DNA of 64,000 nucleotides from positions 69,378,001 through 69,442,000 of the forward strand of contig OX597827.1 of the NCBI GenBank assembly GCA_951406725.2. Direction: 5' to 3'. Positions 23,968 to 36,868 of this stretch are shown here, piece by piece. The notes beneath the pieces are model-generated. The model did not search any database. It saw nothing but the letters and a program-made list of their open reading frames with translations, and had not been told where the DNA came from. Origin of the DNA: Octopus vulgaris (taxonomy: Eukaryota). Within the stretch, counting starts at the first letter, position 1. Each line of letters starts with the position of its first letter. Both the position numbers and the translations under genes were made by a program.

Positions 23968-26750
23968 GGCGGCAAGTTAGCAAACTCGTTAGCATACCAG
24001 GTGAAATGCTTAGGGGCATTTCGTCTGTCTTTACATTCTGAGTCCAAATTCCGCTGAGGTCAACTTTGCCTTTTATCTTTTCAGGGTCTATAAATTAAGT
24101 ACCAGTCAAATACTGAGGTCAGTGTGATTGACTTACCCAACTCCTACCAAATTTCAGCCCTTTTGCCTATAGTAGAAAGGACTAGCAGCGAGCTGGCAGA
24201 ATGGTTAGCACGTCGGGCAAAATGCTTAGCGGTATTTCGTCTGCTGCTATGTTCTGAGTTCAAATTCCGCCGAGGTCAACTTTGCCTTTCATCCTTTTGG
24301 GGGTCGATGAAATAAGTACCAGTTATGCACTGGGGTCGATGTAATCGACTTGCCCCCTTCCCCCAACAAAAGATTTTCAAGGCCTTGTGCCTAGAGTAGA
24401 AATAATAATTATTACTATTATTGACTGACCACCCCTCCTCAAAATGGTTGGCCTTACACCTAAATCAGAAATCATTTCTATTATTAAAGGTGGTGAGCTG
24501 ACAGAATTGTTTGTGTGCTGGACAAAATACTCAACAGCATTTCTTTATATTTATTACGTTCTGAGTTCAAACTCCACTGAGGTCGACTTTGCCTTTCATC
24601 CTTTCAGGGTCGATGAAACAAATACCTGTTGTGTACTGGGGGGTCAATATAATCAACTAGACTCCCCCCCCCCCCCCACCTGCTCTCTTCCAAAATTTCA
24701 GACCTTGTGCCTATAGTAGAAAGCATTACTTTTATTATTAATAGGGCAGTGAAGGCAGCAAGCTGGCACGGTTGTTAGCACACCAGGCAAAATGCTTAGC
24801 GGCGTTTCATCCGTGTGCATTATCTGAGTTCAAATTCCGCTGAGGTCGACTTTGCCTTTCATCTTTCCAGGATTGATAAATTAAGGACCAGTGAAACACA
24901 GGACGATATAATCAACTTGTCCCCTCCTCAAAAATTTCAGGCTCTGTGCCTTTGGTAGAAAGGGTCAATATTAGTCAGGCAGTGGTTCGGCAGAATTCTT
25001 AGTGTGTTTGATCAATGCTTTGTGGTATTTCTTCTGATTTTTTTTTTTTTTTTTTGCTTTCTGGGTTCAAATCCTACCGGGGTCGACTTTGCCTTTCATC
25101 TCTCCTTGGTCGATAAAAAAAAAAAATAAGAGTACCAGTCATATACTGGGACCGATGTAATCAACTAACCACCTCCCTTGGCCTTGTATCTAAATTAGCA
25201 GGTTGAACCTTTAGTACACCAGACAACATTGCTTAGCAGCATTTCATCTACCGAAGTCAACTTCACCTTTCATACTTTTGGGGATCACTATGATAAACTA
25301 GCCCCGCTCCCCACCCCAAAAATTTCAAGCCTTGTACCTATAGTAGAAAAGATTATTATTATTATAAAGGTGGCAAACTGGCGGAATCATTAGCATGCTG
25401 GACAAAATGCTTCGCGGTATTTCACTCATTCGTTACATTCTGAGTTCAAATTCTGCTGAGGTTGACTTTGCCTTTCAGGGTCGATAAAATAAGTACCAGT
25501 TGAAACTGGGGTCGATGTAATTGACTGTTCCCCCTCCTCACAAAATCCAGGCCTTGTGCCTATAGTACAAAGGATTATTATTTATTATTATTATTCCTGC
25601 CAAGGTCAGCATTGCCTTTCATGTTTTTTTTTTCTTTTTGGAGGGATGTTGCCAAAGTAATGGACCAGTCAACAACCAGGCTGTTGGTATCTGCTTTACC
25701 ACTCATCCCTTTAAATTTGCTATCCTTGTGCCGGAACCAGAAACCATTATTAATATTTTCATTCTATAGTTGTTGACTTTGCCTTTCATCCTTTCTGGGG
25801 CAGCAGGCGGGGGTGAAGAAAGTAGAAAGTACCAGCAATATACTGAGGTCGATATTTATTGATTGTTCCGAGCCTCCAAATTTAAGGCAATGTCTCATGT
25901 TGAGAAATCCTTATTTAAAGATTATTGTTGTTGTTGTTATCATTATTATTAAGGTGGTGAGCTGGCAGAATCATTAGCACACCGACCCAAATGCCTAGCG
26001 GTATTTCACCCGTCACTACGTTCTGAGTTCAAATTACACCAAGGTCAACTTTGCCTTTTATCCTTTCGGGGTCAATAAATTGAGAACTTGTCAAACACTA
26101 GGGTTGATGTAATCAACTAGTCCCCTCCCACAAAATTTCATGGCCTTGTGCTTTCGGTAGAAAGGATTATTATTATTATTATTATTAAGGCAGTGAGCTG
26201 GCAGAATCGTTAGCACGCCAGGCAAGTTGCTTAGTGGTATTTCATCTGTCTTTACATTCTGAGTTCAAATCCTGCTGCGGTCGACTTTGCCTTTCACCCT
26301 TCCGGGGAATGATAAAATAAGTACCAGTTGAGTACTGGGGTTAACCTAATCAACCTATTCCTTCCCCGAAATTGCTGGCCTTGTGCCAAGAAGCATTATT
26401 ATTAAAAGGGCGAGCTGGCAGAATCATTAGCACACCAGGCAGTATGCTTAGCAGCATTTCATCAATCCTCACGTTCTGAGTTCAAATCCCACCATGGTTG
26501 ACTTTGCTTTTCATCCCCTTGAGGTCAATAAGTACCTGTCAAGCACTGGGGTTGATATAATCAATTAGTCCCCCTCCTCCAAAAATTCCAGGCCTTGTGC
26601 TTTTATTAGAAAGGATTATTATTATTATTAACGATGGTGAGATGGTAGAATAATTACAGCATCAGACAAAAATCCTTTCGTCCTTCCAAAGTCAAAAAAA
26701 AGTCCCAGTTTGAGAAATGGTCCTACTAAAATTACTGGCCTTGTACTCCC
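23715..26750 (+). repeat. Head-to-tail array of about 14 complete or partial family-A SINEs
   Basis: Co-oriented copies separated by (ATT)n, starting ~180 bp after the stop codon. Confidence 0.9.
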
Positions 26751-26941
26751 TTTTTTTTTTTTTTTTTCATGGGTGTGTAGTAAGAAGCTTGCTTCCCAAC
26801 CACGTGGTTCTGGGTTCAGTCCTCCTATGTGGCACCTTGAACAAGTGTCTTCAACTATAGCCCTGGGCCGACTAAAGCCTTGTGACTAGACTTGGTAGAC
26901 AGAAACTGAAAGAAGCCCATCATATATATATGTATATATAC

Positions 26942-27042
26942 AAAAAGTGAAAGGGGTACAGTGAACTTGCCGTGAGGAGTGGAATATCCAACGTTTCGGA
27001 TTCAATCCTTTGTCAGGGCGCAGAGTACCTCTTTCACTTTTT
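26942..27042 (-). ncRNA. Minimal hammerhead motif enclosed by 18-bp inverted repeats
   Basis: Minus strand: cc-CTGACAA-a-ggat-tga-atcc-GAAA-cg-TT-gg (26988-27018). IRs aaaaagtgaaaggggtac / gtacctctttcacttttt. Confidence 0.6.
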
Positions 27043-27462
27043 TCTATATTTTTTCAAGTTTTACCAACGCAGAGCTACTAGATTATATATATGTGTGTAT
27101 GTCTGTTTCCTCCCTTCCCCAAAACCAATGTTGGTGTGTTTACATCCCTGTTATTTAGCAGTTCTGCAAAATAGTCAGATAGAATAAGTACTTGACTTAC
27201 AAAGAATAAGTCCTAGGGTTGATTTCTTTGACTAAAAAAGTCGAAGATTAGCTGTAGATCAGTCCTGATCAAGCAGACCCATGGTCAAAAGAACCATCCC
27301 AGCTCACAACCATCATGTCTGTTTTAAAAGGTGGTAGGATGTGATCTGTGAGGGACTTGGCTACTGCTTCTAACAAGGTGGGTGACCATGCAGAGGCTGC
27401 TTCATCAACAACAATGGCCCTTTTTCTTACACTTGAATCTGAGGCATCGTGCCTTCCAAATA

Positions 27463-27551
27463 CAGTAATACTTTGCTTTACGAGGCCCTCGGTTTATGAG
27501 TTTTCATTTTATGAGCATTCTCCAGGAACAAATTAACTCATTATATTACTG
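27463..27551. mobile_element. Tiny Tigger/pogo-like MITE
   Basis: TA-cagtaata...tattactg-TA. Confidence 0.5.
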
Positions 27552-27573
27552 TATATCAGAAATTATATATATA

Positions 27574-27758
27574 TACGAGATACTGCCATGCTGAAAATAG
27601 CAGCCATGATCTGACTCTAAAACCACCTGGTAATTACTGGTAATTTTTTACTAGTTTTATCTTGTCTTTTTGTCTTCTCTCCGTGTTGCTATATGAACAC
27701 TTAAGGTGGTTTTAGAGTCAGATCATGGCTGCTATTTTCAGCATGGCGGTATCTCGTA
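27574..27758. repeat. Foldback, ~55-bp near-perfect arms
   Basis: tacgagatactgccatgctgaaaatagcagccatgatctgactctaaaaccacct and its reverse complement. Confidence 0.85.
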
Positions 27759-27985
27759 GATACCCTAAGTTGTAATTTTAATAATTATCACCTTTGAAGG
27801 TTATTTTTTTCCATGCTGGCCACTCATGATAAGAATCGTTGTTTTATTTTTAATTAACGATCTTATCCTTATTTATATATATATATATAAAGTAAAAATT
27901 TAGATTCGAATGAATATGGTACTTAATTTAGATGCACCAGAATTTTGTATGGTGTTATCCATAAAAATTTGTGGGGTGATTATAA

Positions 27986-28114
27986 TCAAAATAAGCAACA
28001 AGAATGACTCCGGTAATTTGGTACAATTGTACAAAACATTTAACATTTAATAAAATAATGTAGTGCGAAACAATTGTACCAAATTACCGGAGTCATTCTT
28101 GTTGCTTATTTTGA
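27986..28114. repeat. Foldback, ~45-bp perfect arms
   Basis: tcaaaataagcaacaagaatgactccggtaatttggtacaattgt and its reverse complement. Confidence 0.85.
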
Positions 28115-29189
28115 GTATATGTATGTGTGGAGGCGCAATGGCCTAGTGGTTAGGGTAGCGGACTCGCGGTCGCAGGATCGCGGTTTCGATTCCCAGACCG
28201 GGCGTTGTGAGTGTTTATTGAGCGAAAACACCTAAAAGCTCCACGAGGCTCTGGCAGGGGGTGGTGGTGATCCCTGCTGTACTCTTTCACCACTCTTTCT
28301 CTCACTCTTTCTTCTTCTGTTGGCCTGCTCACTTAGCCAGCGGGGTGGCGTCATTCGAAGGCTAAAAAACAATGCGAAGCGCATTGTGACCAGCGATGTG
28401 TAACAACATCTGATGGTCTGGTCGGTGGTCACGTGATATATGTATGTATATGTCATGGGATTTGAACTCAGAACAAATCAGTTGGAAGAAAACACAAACC
28501 AGAACCTGTAAAAGTAAAAATAGCAAGAGCTGTTTTCATGCTGTTAACCCCTTTGACGATGATGATAATGATAATGATGATGATGATGATGATGGTTAAG
28601 GAGGAAAAGGAAACGGACGAACATCATCATCATCATCATCACTATTATCATCTTCCCTAATTTTCTCTTTTTTTTTTTTTTTTTTTTTTTCCTGACACAA
28701 ACATAAGAGCTGGTGGAGGCGGGACGGGGGTGGGCGGGGCTGTTAAGCTTCCAGGAAGACAGCTCGGGCAGTCTACTTTCACTTTCCTGCTGCATCTGAC
28801 CAATTCGCTTGTCTTCTTTTTGCATTTGTTAAAATGCATTTAGGAACAAGAGACAATATAAATGCCTGCAACAAAATTTCTCCCTGCCCCCCCCCCTCCA
28901 CACACCTGCCCTCTATATTTATTTATTTTTATTCTTTCCATAAAATAATAGGGCCTTTTTTTTGTGCCTAGTCAAAAAAAAAAAAAAAGAAATTGTGTGT
29001 GTGTGTGTGTGTATGTGTTAGAGGAGTGAAGCATGTGTTAAAATATTACATGTATTATAATTAAGAAGGTATGTTTCAAGGTCAATCAGATCTATGAAAA
29101 AGACAAAAAAAAAAAAAAACTTTTGTAAAAAGTTTTCTCATTTAATTAAAAAAAAAAAAACAGTCATCATTATTGCTCTTGTTGTTATT

Positions 29190-29888
29190 TTTATTACCTC
29201 CACCTTAACGAAGGCGGGGGTATTATTTTCAGTTGTATTTGTTTGTCCATGGACATGATATCTCAAGAACTGCTGGATGGAGTCGGATGAAACTTTCAGG
29301 GATGTTTGGCCTCACGACTGGCACGAACTCATTAGGTTTTGGGATCGTTCCGGTACCGGACAAGGCTTCTGGATTATTTTTCCTGTTTCTTTTTTTACTT
29401 ATTTTTTTTAAAGTAGTTGGGTTCATTTTTAGTATTCTCATTTGTGAGAGCAGTCGAGTTTATTTCAGATATTCTCAGTTTAAAAATAATCGCTGAGAGG
29501 ACATTAGTATTACCTTGACAGAGGTTTGCTCTCTCTGAGTGCTCTTGTTACCTCCGCCTTAGCGAAGGCAGAAGTATTGTTTTCAGTCGTATTTGTTTGT
29601 CCGTGGACAAGAAATCTCAAGAACCGCTGGATGGATTCGGATGAAACTTTCAGGGACATTTGGCCTTGTGACTGGCACGAGGATTGATTTGGTACCGGAC
29701 AAGGATTCTGGATTATTTTCCCATTTTTTTTTTTTTCACTTAATTTTTGAGAGCGATTGGATTCATTTTCAGTATTCTTGTTTGTGAGAGCAGTCGAGTT
29801 TATTTCTGATATTCTCAGTTTAAAAATCATTGAAGGGACGTTGGAGTTGCCTTGGCGGAGGTTTGTGCTTTCTGAGTGCTCTTGTTTA
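29190..29888 (+). mobile_element. Two tandem DINE/HINE-like (Helentron-associated) elements
   Basis: Subterminal IRs acctccgcc / ggcggaggt, internal gtttgttt repeat, short 3' hairpin ending ctgagtgc. Confidence 0.65.
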
Positions 29889-30104
29889 TTATTAGGAAGG
29901 AGAGCTGGCAGAATTTTTAGCAAGTTGGGCAAAATGCTTAGTGGCATTTCATCTGTCTTTGTTCCAAGTTCAAGTTTCTCCGAGGTCAACTTTGCCTTTC
30001 ATCCTTTCGGACTCAATAAAATAAGTACCAGTTGAGCGCTGGGGTTGATGCAATCGACTTATCCCTGCAAAGAAATTGCTGGCCTTGTGCCAAATTTGAA
30101 CCCA

Positions 30105-30523
30105 TTATTGTTATTATTATTTTCATTATCTTCTTTTAATTGTTGCCATTTCTTGCTGAGTGTCTTCCTGACACCTAGGGCAGAGAAATGCCCTGTATAC
30201 ATTGGTAGGCCATTAAAATAAACACACCAGATTGTTCATTTACAAAGCCATGTGATAGAGAAAAAGAGGAAGAAAGACAGAAAAAGGGGAAAAAAATAAA
30301 AAAGAAAGAAAATTTACAGTGACACTGCTCTTCTCAGTACATTTGACGTACCAGTTAAGACAATCTTTTGCACTTCCTGCATGGATTGTAAGCCTGGGAT
30401 CATTCTTAGATAATTTTCAGTTCCTTTTTTGATCACTCCAAGTGCCCCTACAATTACTGGTATTGTAACTGTCTTGAGATGCCACACTTTTTGATTTTGA
30501 TTAGCAGATCTCTATATTTTCTG
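30105..30523 (-). mobile_element. R4/Dong-like (restriction-like endonuclease) LINE 3' fragment
   Basis: Manual translation KYRDLLIKIK/VWHLKTVTIPVIVGALGVIKKG...QKIVLTGTSNVLRRAVSL* (one frameshift); (TAA)n tail. Confidence 0.75.
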
Positions 30524-30629
30524 CTACAGGGGCATTAAGCATGCTTATGGCGATGAGGCAATGGGTTGTATGTCAATGTTTTGAGGGGCACTGGTGCCTC
30601 AAATGTGGAAGACTTGCCACGAGCGTCAC

Positions 30630-31700
30630 CTGGAAATGTGGTACCGTGCATCAAGAATTCTTCCCCCAGAGCCAGATCATCAATTGAGAGTTCTACTGTG
30701 ATGTTTTGACGTGAATGAGGAAGGACATTTGGCAAAAGCGACTAGATCGGTGGAGCGCGAAGAATTGGATTCTTCATGACAACAGTGCACCCTTACTTAC
30801 ATTTGATGGATATTTGTCCTCATCGTGTTTGTTGTTAACACAACGTTTTGGTTGATATACCCTCCAGCCTTCATCAGGTGTCTTGGAGAAATTTTGAACT
30901 TGGGTTCTTATTCCTAAGGTATTTTTCCATATTATTATTATTATTATTATCGTTCAGATCACTACTTGGAATCTTGGGGTTAGTAGCCTGCGCTCTTGAC
31001 CACTATGCCATATGCCCATGGGCGTATGGCGTAGTGGTTAACATGGTATTGCTTTTGCACACATCCCCTCCATTCACCAGACTTGGCACCTGCAGACTTC
31101 CATCTCTTCCCCAAGATGAAAATGCAGCTCAAAGGTCATCGTTTTAATACCGTTGTGTTCACTCACAGAAATGACTTAACCACTATGCCATATGCCCACA
31201 GGCTACTAACCCCAAGATTCCAAGTTCGTTTCCAAGTAGTGACCTGAACAATAATAATAATAATAATAATAATATCGAAAAATACCTTAGGAATGAGAAC
31301 CCAGGTTTGAAATTTCCCCAAGACGTTTGATGAAGGCTGGAGGGTATATCAGCCGAAACATGTTAGCAACAAACAAGATGAGGACAAATATCCGTCAAAT
31401 ATAAATAATGTAAAAAAAACATGGTATTACTTCTGCACACATCCCCCTCATTCACCAGAATTAGCACCTGTAGACTTCCATCTCTTCCCCCAAGATGAAA
31501 ATGCAGCTGAAAGGTCATCATTTTAATACCGTTGTGTTCACTTACAGAAATGACTTCCAGGCCAGATTCCAAAAGTGGCAGGAATATTAGGATTGGTGCA
31601 TTGTTGCACAAGGTAACTATTTTGAAGGAGATGATGTTAAAACAAGTAAATAAGTTCTATTTTATTAAACATAGTCTGGATACTCTTTGATACCATGGTA
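30630..31700 (+). pseudogene. Decayed mariner transposase interrupted by a Penelope-like insertion
   Basis: HQEFFPQSQIIN..WILHDNSAP; SPDLAPADFHLFPKMK; FQKWQE..CIVAQGNYFEGD. Confidence 0.8.
30795..31412. mobile_element. Inverted pair of Penelope-like pLTR fragments, each with a hammerhead motif
   Basis: 30795-31040 (-) and 31177-31412 (+). Consensus gacac-CTGATGA-a-ggctg..cagcc-GAAA-cg-TT-gtgtt. Confidence 0.8.
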
Positions 31701-33659
31701 TTCTATCAGTTATTTATTTATTTATGTGCCCTTTTCAAGCCTAACCAGGCTCATGGGCCCAGTTTCTCAATTTCTATGGTGTGTGTTCCCTCCAGCTGGA
31801 CGAGACACAAGTCCATCGCAGCATTACTCAAGAAACAGGAAGAGAGAGTGATAGAAAGTTGTGGCAAAAGAGTACAACAGGGATCGCCACCACCCCCTGC
31901 CAGAGCTTCATGGAGCTTTAGATGTTTCCACTGAACAAACGCTCATAACGCCTGGTCTGGGAATCGAAACCACAATTCTACAACCACGAGTCCGCTACCC
32001 TAACCACTGGGCCATTGTGCCTCCACATTCTATCAGTTATGACAACAATTATTCCTGTTCATTCACTCAGTGGTACAGTCTGTTCATGAAATTAATGTGC
32101 AAGTGGCTGAGCACTCCACAGACATGTGTACCCCTAATAGAGTTCTCGTGGAGATTCAGTGATCCAAATACCTTAATCGTTAAGCATGCACATTAACAGC
32201 AACAACAAGCTCAACATGAACAGAATTGAATCCTGAATGTAAAAGTTTGGAACAGATACTACTGGCATTCCTTCAGTTAGGACGACAAAGGTTCTGGCTG
32301 ATCTCAGCATTCCATCAACACACGTACCCTTACTCTCTTTTACTTGTTTCAGCCATTTGACATCAGCCATGCTGGAGCACCGCCTTTAGTCGAGCAAATC
32401 GACCCAGGACTTATTCTTTGTAAGCCTAGTAATTATTCTATTGGTCTCTTTTGCCGAACCTCTAAGTTATGGGGAGGTAAACACAACAGCATCGGTTGTC
32501 AAGCGATGTTGGTGGGGGACAAACACAGACACACACATATACATACATATATACGATGGGCTTCTTTCAGTTTCCATTTACCAAATCCACTCGAGGCTTT
32601 GGTCGGCCCGAGGCTATTGTAGAAGACACTTACCCAAGGTGCCACGCAGTGGGACTGAACCCGGAACCATGTAGTTGGTAAGCAAGCTCCTTACCACACA
32701 GCTACTCCTGCGCCTATAGCTACTTACCACACAGCCACTCCTAATGTAACTTTCAGATATTCAGTGTGATACAGAATTTGACCAAGCTGGCCCTTTGGAA
32801 TACGAGTACAACTTATTTTTATCAGCTGAGTGCACTAGAGGAACATGAAATAAAGAACACAACTCTCCGGCAGGTATTGAACTTATGACCTTACAGTCTT
32901 GGGCTGAATACCCTAACTGCTTCGCCACACGTCTTCATCAACTTAATAATATCTAAGACAAAGGTGGCGAGCTGGCAGAAACGCTAGCACGCCAGGCAAA
33001 ATGCTTAATGGTATTTCGTCTGTCTTTACATTCGAGTTCAAATTCCACCAAGGTTAACTTTCCCTTTCATCCTTTCAGGGTTGATAGAATAAGTACCAGT
33101 TGAGTACTGGGGTCATTGTAATCAAGTATCCCCAGCCCCCAATTTCCAGGCCTTGTGCTTATAGCAGCTTGCAGAAGGTTCAGAATTACACATCTAATGT
33201 AAAATTACCTTCGCTTTGTGTTCTAGTTGCTTGGCCAACCAGATGATTAGCCATGCCTCATGCAACCCATTTCTTAGTAAAGGTTGCCTGTGTCCAGTCT
33301 AAGAAATGACAATCAATAAGAGAACATGATCAAAAGAAATGGGACCCTTACACTGGTCCAGTTGGCAAATTTTATGGACCTAAAGGGCAAACAGGGTATC
33401 TCTGCCCTTAGGCTGGTTACAGTCTGCAAATAATTTTTGGCCCTAATCAATGAATGGGGGAATCCCATGCCTGCAGCAGGTAGCATTTGAAATGGGGCAG
33501 GGACTACAGATCTTGTGTCTTGAGTTTAAGAGAGCTTTCAGATCCAGCGAATCTTTATGGATCCTTGTTCGTTCTGCTATGCAAGCCTTGCATTATCTGC
33601 TCCCGTTTATATAGGACCCTGACTGATCTATGATCCTTCATTTAATTTTGTATGGAGTT

Positions 33660-34623
33660 CCTTCATCCTTAAGATGTCACACATGTAAACAACCTGACCT
33701 TCAACATTTGTCCATTTACGAATTACTTCAAGATTCTGGTGCATAAAGATAGTAAAACATTTGTCAATGCTATCACAAGACCTTTTAGCAAAACAGGATG
33801 GTGCACAGTATTGCAAGATAAAGTTCTTACTGTTGCTTGAGTAAGAGGATTAGAATGCCAAACTTCTTGTCTGTCTCTAGAAACATATTGCTCATTCATA
33901 ATTGGGTGGCTTGCAGATAATTGGTTTTCAGTATCTTCCTCATCTGATGACACAGAACCTAAACTGTCCAGCACACAATCACTTTCACCATCGTCTTCAT
34001 AGCAATAGAAGGAATTACTACCATCTTCTTCCCATTCTTCATCTAATTCCAATAACCTTTGCGATATTTGGTCTTTTCTCAAGTTTTCATGTCTAGGCAT
34101 ATTGGAAAACTCAATTGAAACTTGATAGCAGACTAAAGAGAGATATTGCTCTCTCACAAATTAATACTCTCCTGAAAGACTACAATATATTGTAAGAATT
34201 GTGTCATCATATATATATATTGCATCACCCTACAACCTAGCTGATTGAAGGCGATGCAATACCACACAAATTTACAGGAATGTTTTCATAATTTTTCCTA
34301 TCTTATCCAAAATTCAGCAAATGAATTGAATACAATTTTAGCCATTTTATCTGATAAATATCTAGGAAAATAATATTTGACACTGCTTTTATTCTGTTTC
34401 GAATGACAAGAGTATTATCAGAATTTAAGTCAAGGGTCTAATGGACCCATACAGTAATTGATGTATAAAGTGAAATTTTCTAGCTCTTATAAATATACGG
34501 AAAATTTCCCATTTGACAAATATGAGTCATGAGAAATAAGCTGAATCAAATAATATAAACAGTAGAAATGAGCAGTTGAAAAAAACTGAAATGGGTCCAC
34601 TGGACACATTGGTAGACAGAAGG
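33660..34623 (-). mobile_element. piggyBac 5' remnant with frameshifted transposase N-terminus
   Basis: TTAA at 34624-34627 next to a CC.. terminus; acidic N-terminus then W..NP..APSCFAKR..CFTIFM..VIRKWTNVEG. Confidence 0.75.
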
Positions 34624-34716
34624 TTAAAGGCAGTTCCAGCTGACCTGATGTATCTCTGAACTTGAGTGCTGGTTGTGTTCTGTTGGTTTGGGGCCTAGAG
34701 TTGTAGCTGTTACCGC

Positions 34717-34780
34717 TGGAGTCTGACGAGTCATCTATAAGTCTAACCGCTTTATGGATGCGAAACCACTGGTCACTCTA
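34717..34780 (+). ncRNA. Type I hammerhead ribozyme, complete canonical core
   Basis: tggagt-CTGACGA-gtcatctataag..ctttatggatgc-GAAA-cc act gg-TC-actcta; GUC site at 34772-34774. Confidence 0.85.
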
Positions 34781-36074
34781 TCACCGGACATATATTTAAC
34801 TACATGTAAATACATTACTGCTCTAACCGTTAGAGCGTGCTTCTTTTTCGTATATATATGATCCACCAACAAAGTGTGTGTGTGTGAGTGTTTGTCCCCA
34901 TATCACCGGTGTTGGCGTGTTTACGTCTACGTAGACTAGCAGTGCGACAAAACGGTCCGATAGAATAAGTACCAGGTTAAAAAAAAGTACTGGAGCCAAT
35001 TCATTCAACTAAAGGTTCTTCAAGGCGGTGCCCCAGCATGGCCGCAGTCTAATGAATGAAACAATCAAAAGACATATATGTATTCGTCTGGGAAAGATAT
35101 ATGTATATTCGTGCGAATTCTTTTTAGAATATACGTTACTAAAGGGGGAAAACTCTTAACAATAGCGACAATATGTAAGTTCGACCGGTCTATCAATTAG
35201 TCTTAACAATAAGATTACTAGCGACCATATGATTGATTATAACAGGATTACTTGTGGCCAGATAATTGGCTAAAGCCAGTTGCATGTCTGCAGTCCAGTA
35301 CAGGTGCAGAAAGCCAACACGATAAATATTTACGCACACACACCTACCTGATAGGTAATTTTCCCGAGAGGGGCGCCCTGTGGTGACAAGTTTACCTCCC
35401 AGCCACAGGGTTCCGGGCTCAGTTTTCTACAAGATCTCCTGGCTGACCAAAGCCTGTTGAGTAAATTTCGTAAACAGAAGCTCTCTCTCTCTCACTCACT
35501 CACGTATATGCATATATCTATGTGTGTTTTTGTATTTGTCTCCCCGCCCGCTACTGATTGGTAACCGGTGTTAGTTTGTTTATTTTCCAATATTCTATCA
35601 GTTCGGCAAAATGAGACCCATAGAATAAGTACCAGGATTATACACGCACGCACAAGAAATAAGTATTGGGGTCTATTTGTTGGATTAAACCCTTGAAAGC
35701 GGACTTTAATCATAGCTGTAGTCTAATGACTGAAACAAGTAAATATGAAGAAGTGTACATACGTATAATATATATATACATATATAAGTATTTCGAAACC
35801 CGTTAAAATACGTGTTCTCTAGTCGACAGTTTAACGAAGCATCTGTCTTCACTAGCATAAGCTGTAATATCATGCGTGCCTACGAATAATTTACATAGAT
35901 TCATACACACACAGACACATATTATTTGTCTATCGGCTCAGCTCGATGAATAGAAAGAGGAAATAAGCGAAACTGTGACACCAAAGTTCGAGGTCATGTA
36001 AATATTGTTTCGTTTCGGCGATGAAAACCCGGTGAAGGTTTTTCATTGTAGCAAATCCAAAACAGTGCGGCAAA

Positions 36075-36193
36075 ATGGCTGCAGTAGCCTCACGTGTATC
36101 TCGAAGTCTGTTGTATACATTGGATCGATGGTATCTACTTGGTGCTTTCCTCTTGTTCTTTGTCGTGTGCAGCGAGGTTTCCCCTTCAGACAA
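36075..36193 (+). CDS. First coding exon (signal peptide) of three-finger/LU-domain glycoprotein
   Basis: aaaATGg; MAAVASRVSRSLLYTLDRWYLLGAFLLFFVVCSEVSPSD; donor AA|GTAAGT (phase 2); CpG-retaining context. Confidence 0.7.
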
Positions 36194-36656
36194 GTAAGTT
36201 TGTTGTTATATTTATCTCAGAGACACACACATTAATGGGAAACCCTCTGTCTCTCTCTCTCTGTGCATGTCTCGTATCCGCACTTCTTGCCAATGTCCCT
36301 TCAACATGTTTTCATACACCTTTCCCATTCTATATATTATTATTATTATTATTTTATTCTGTCATTTAGTTTAATTTTATATTCGTGGAAGCTTTCGTGA
36401 ATATGTCGTGATGTTGTAAATGTATTTTTTTCTCTTTACTTATGTTTACAATATGCGCTGGCTTATGGTTTTAAAAATTATTCTAATCCTATTTGACACA
36501 AAAACATGGAAGATTATTACTTCAATGCTAATTTCTTCTTACTTTCACTTTTGAAAGTTCCCATTTTAAACTCACTTGTAGGTCCCTGCCACTGAATTAT
36601 GTCGTTACTTTATTTTATTTTTTCTATATCATTATTTACAAACACACACCTTTTTG

Positions 36657-36706
<50 letters not shown>

Positions 36707-36810
36707 GTTAAAGACTTTTTCAATTCCCGAGCATTATATTAATACATTTGTTTGTTTTCTACACCACCTGTCTTCGTCTTTTGTTCTTTTTCTTTGTGAA
36801 TTCTCCCTAT

Positions 36811-36868
<58 letters not shown>

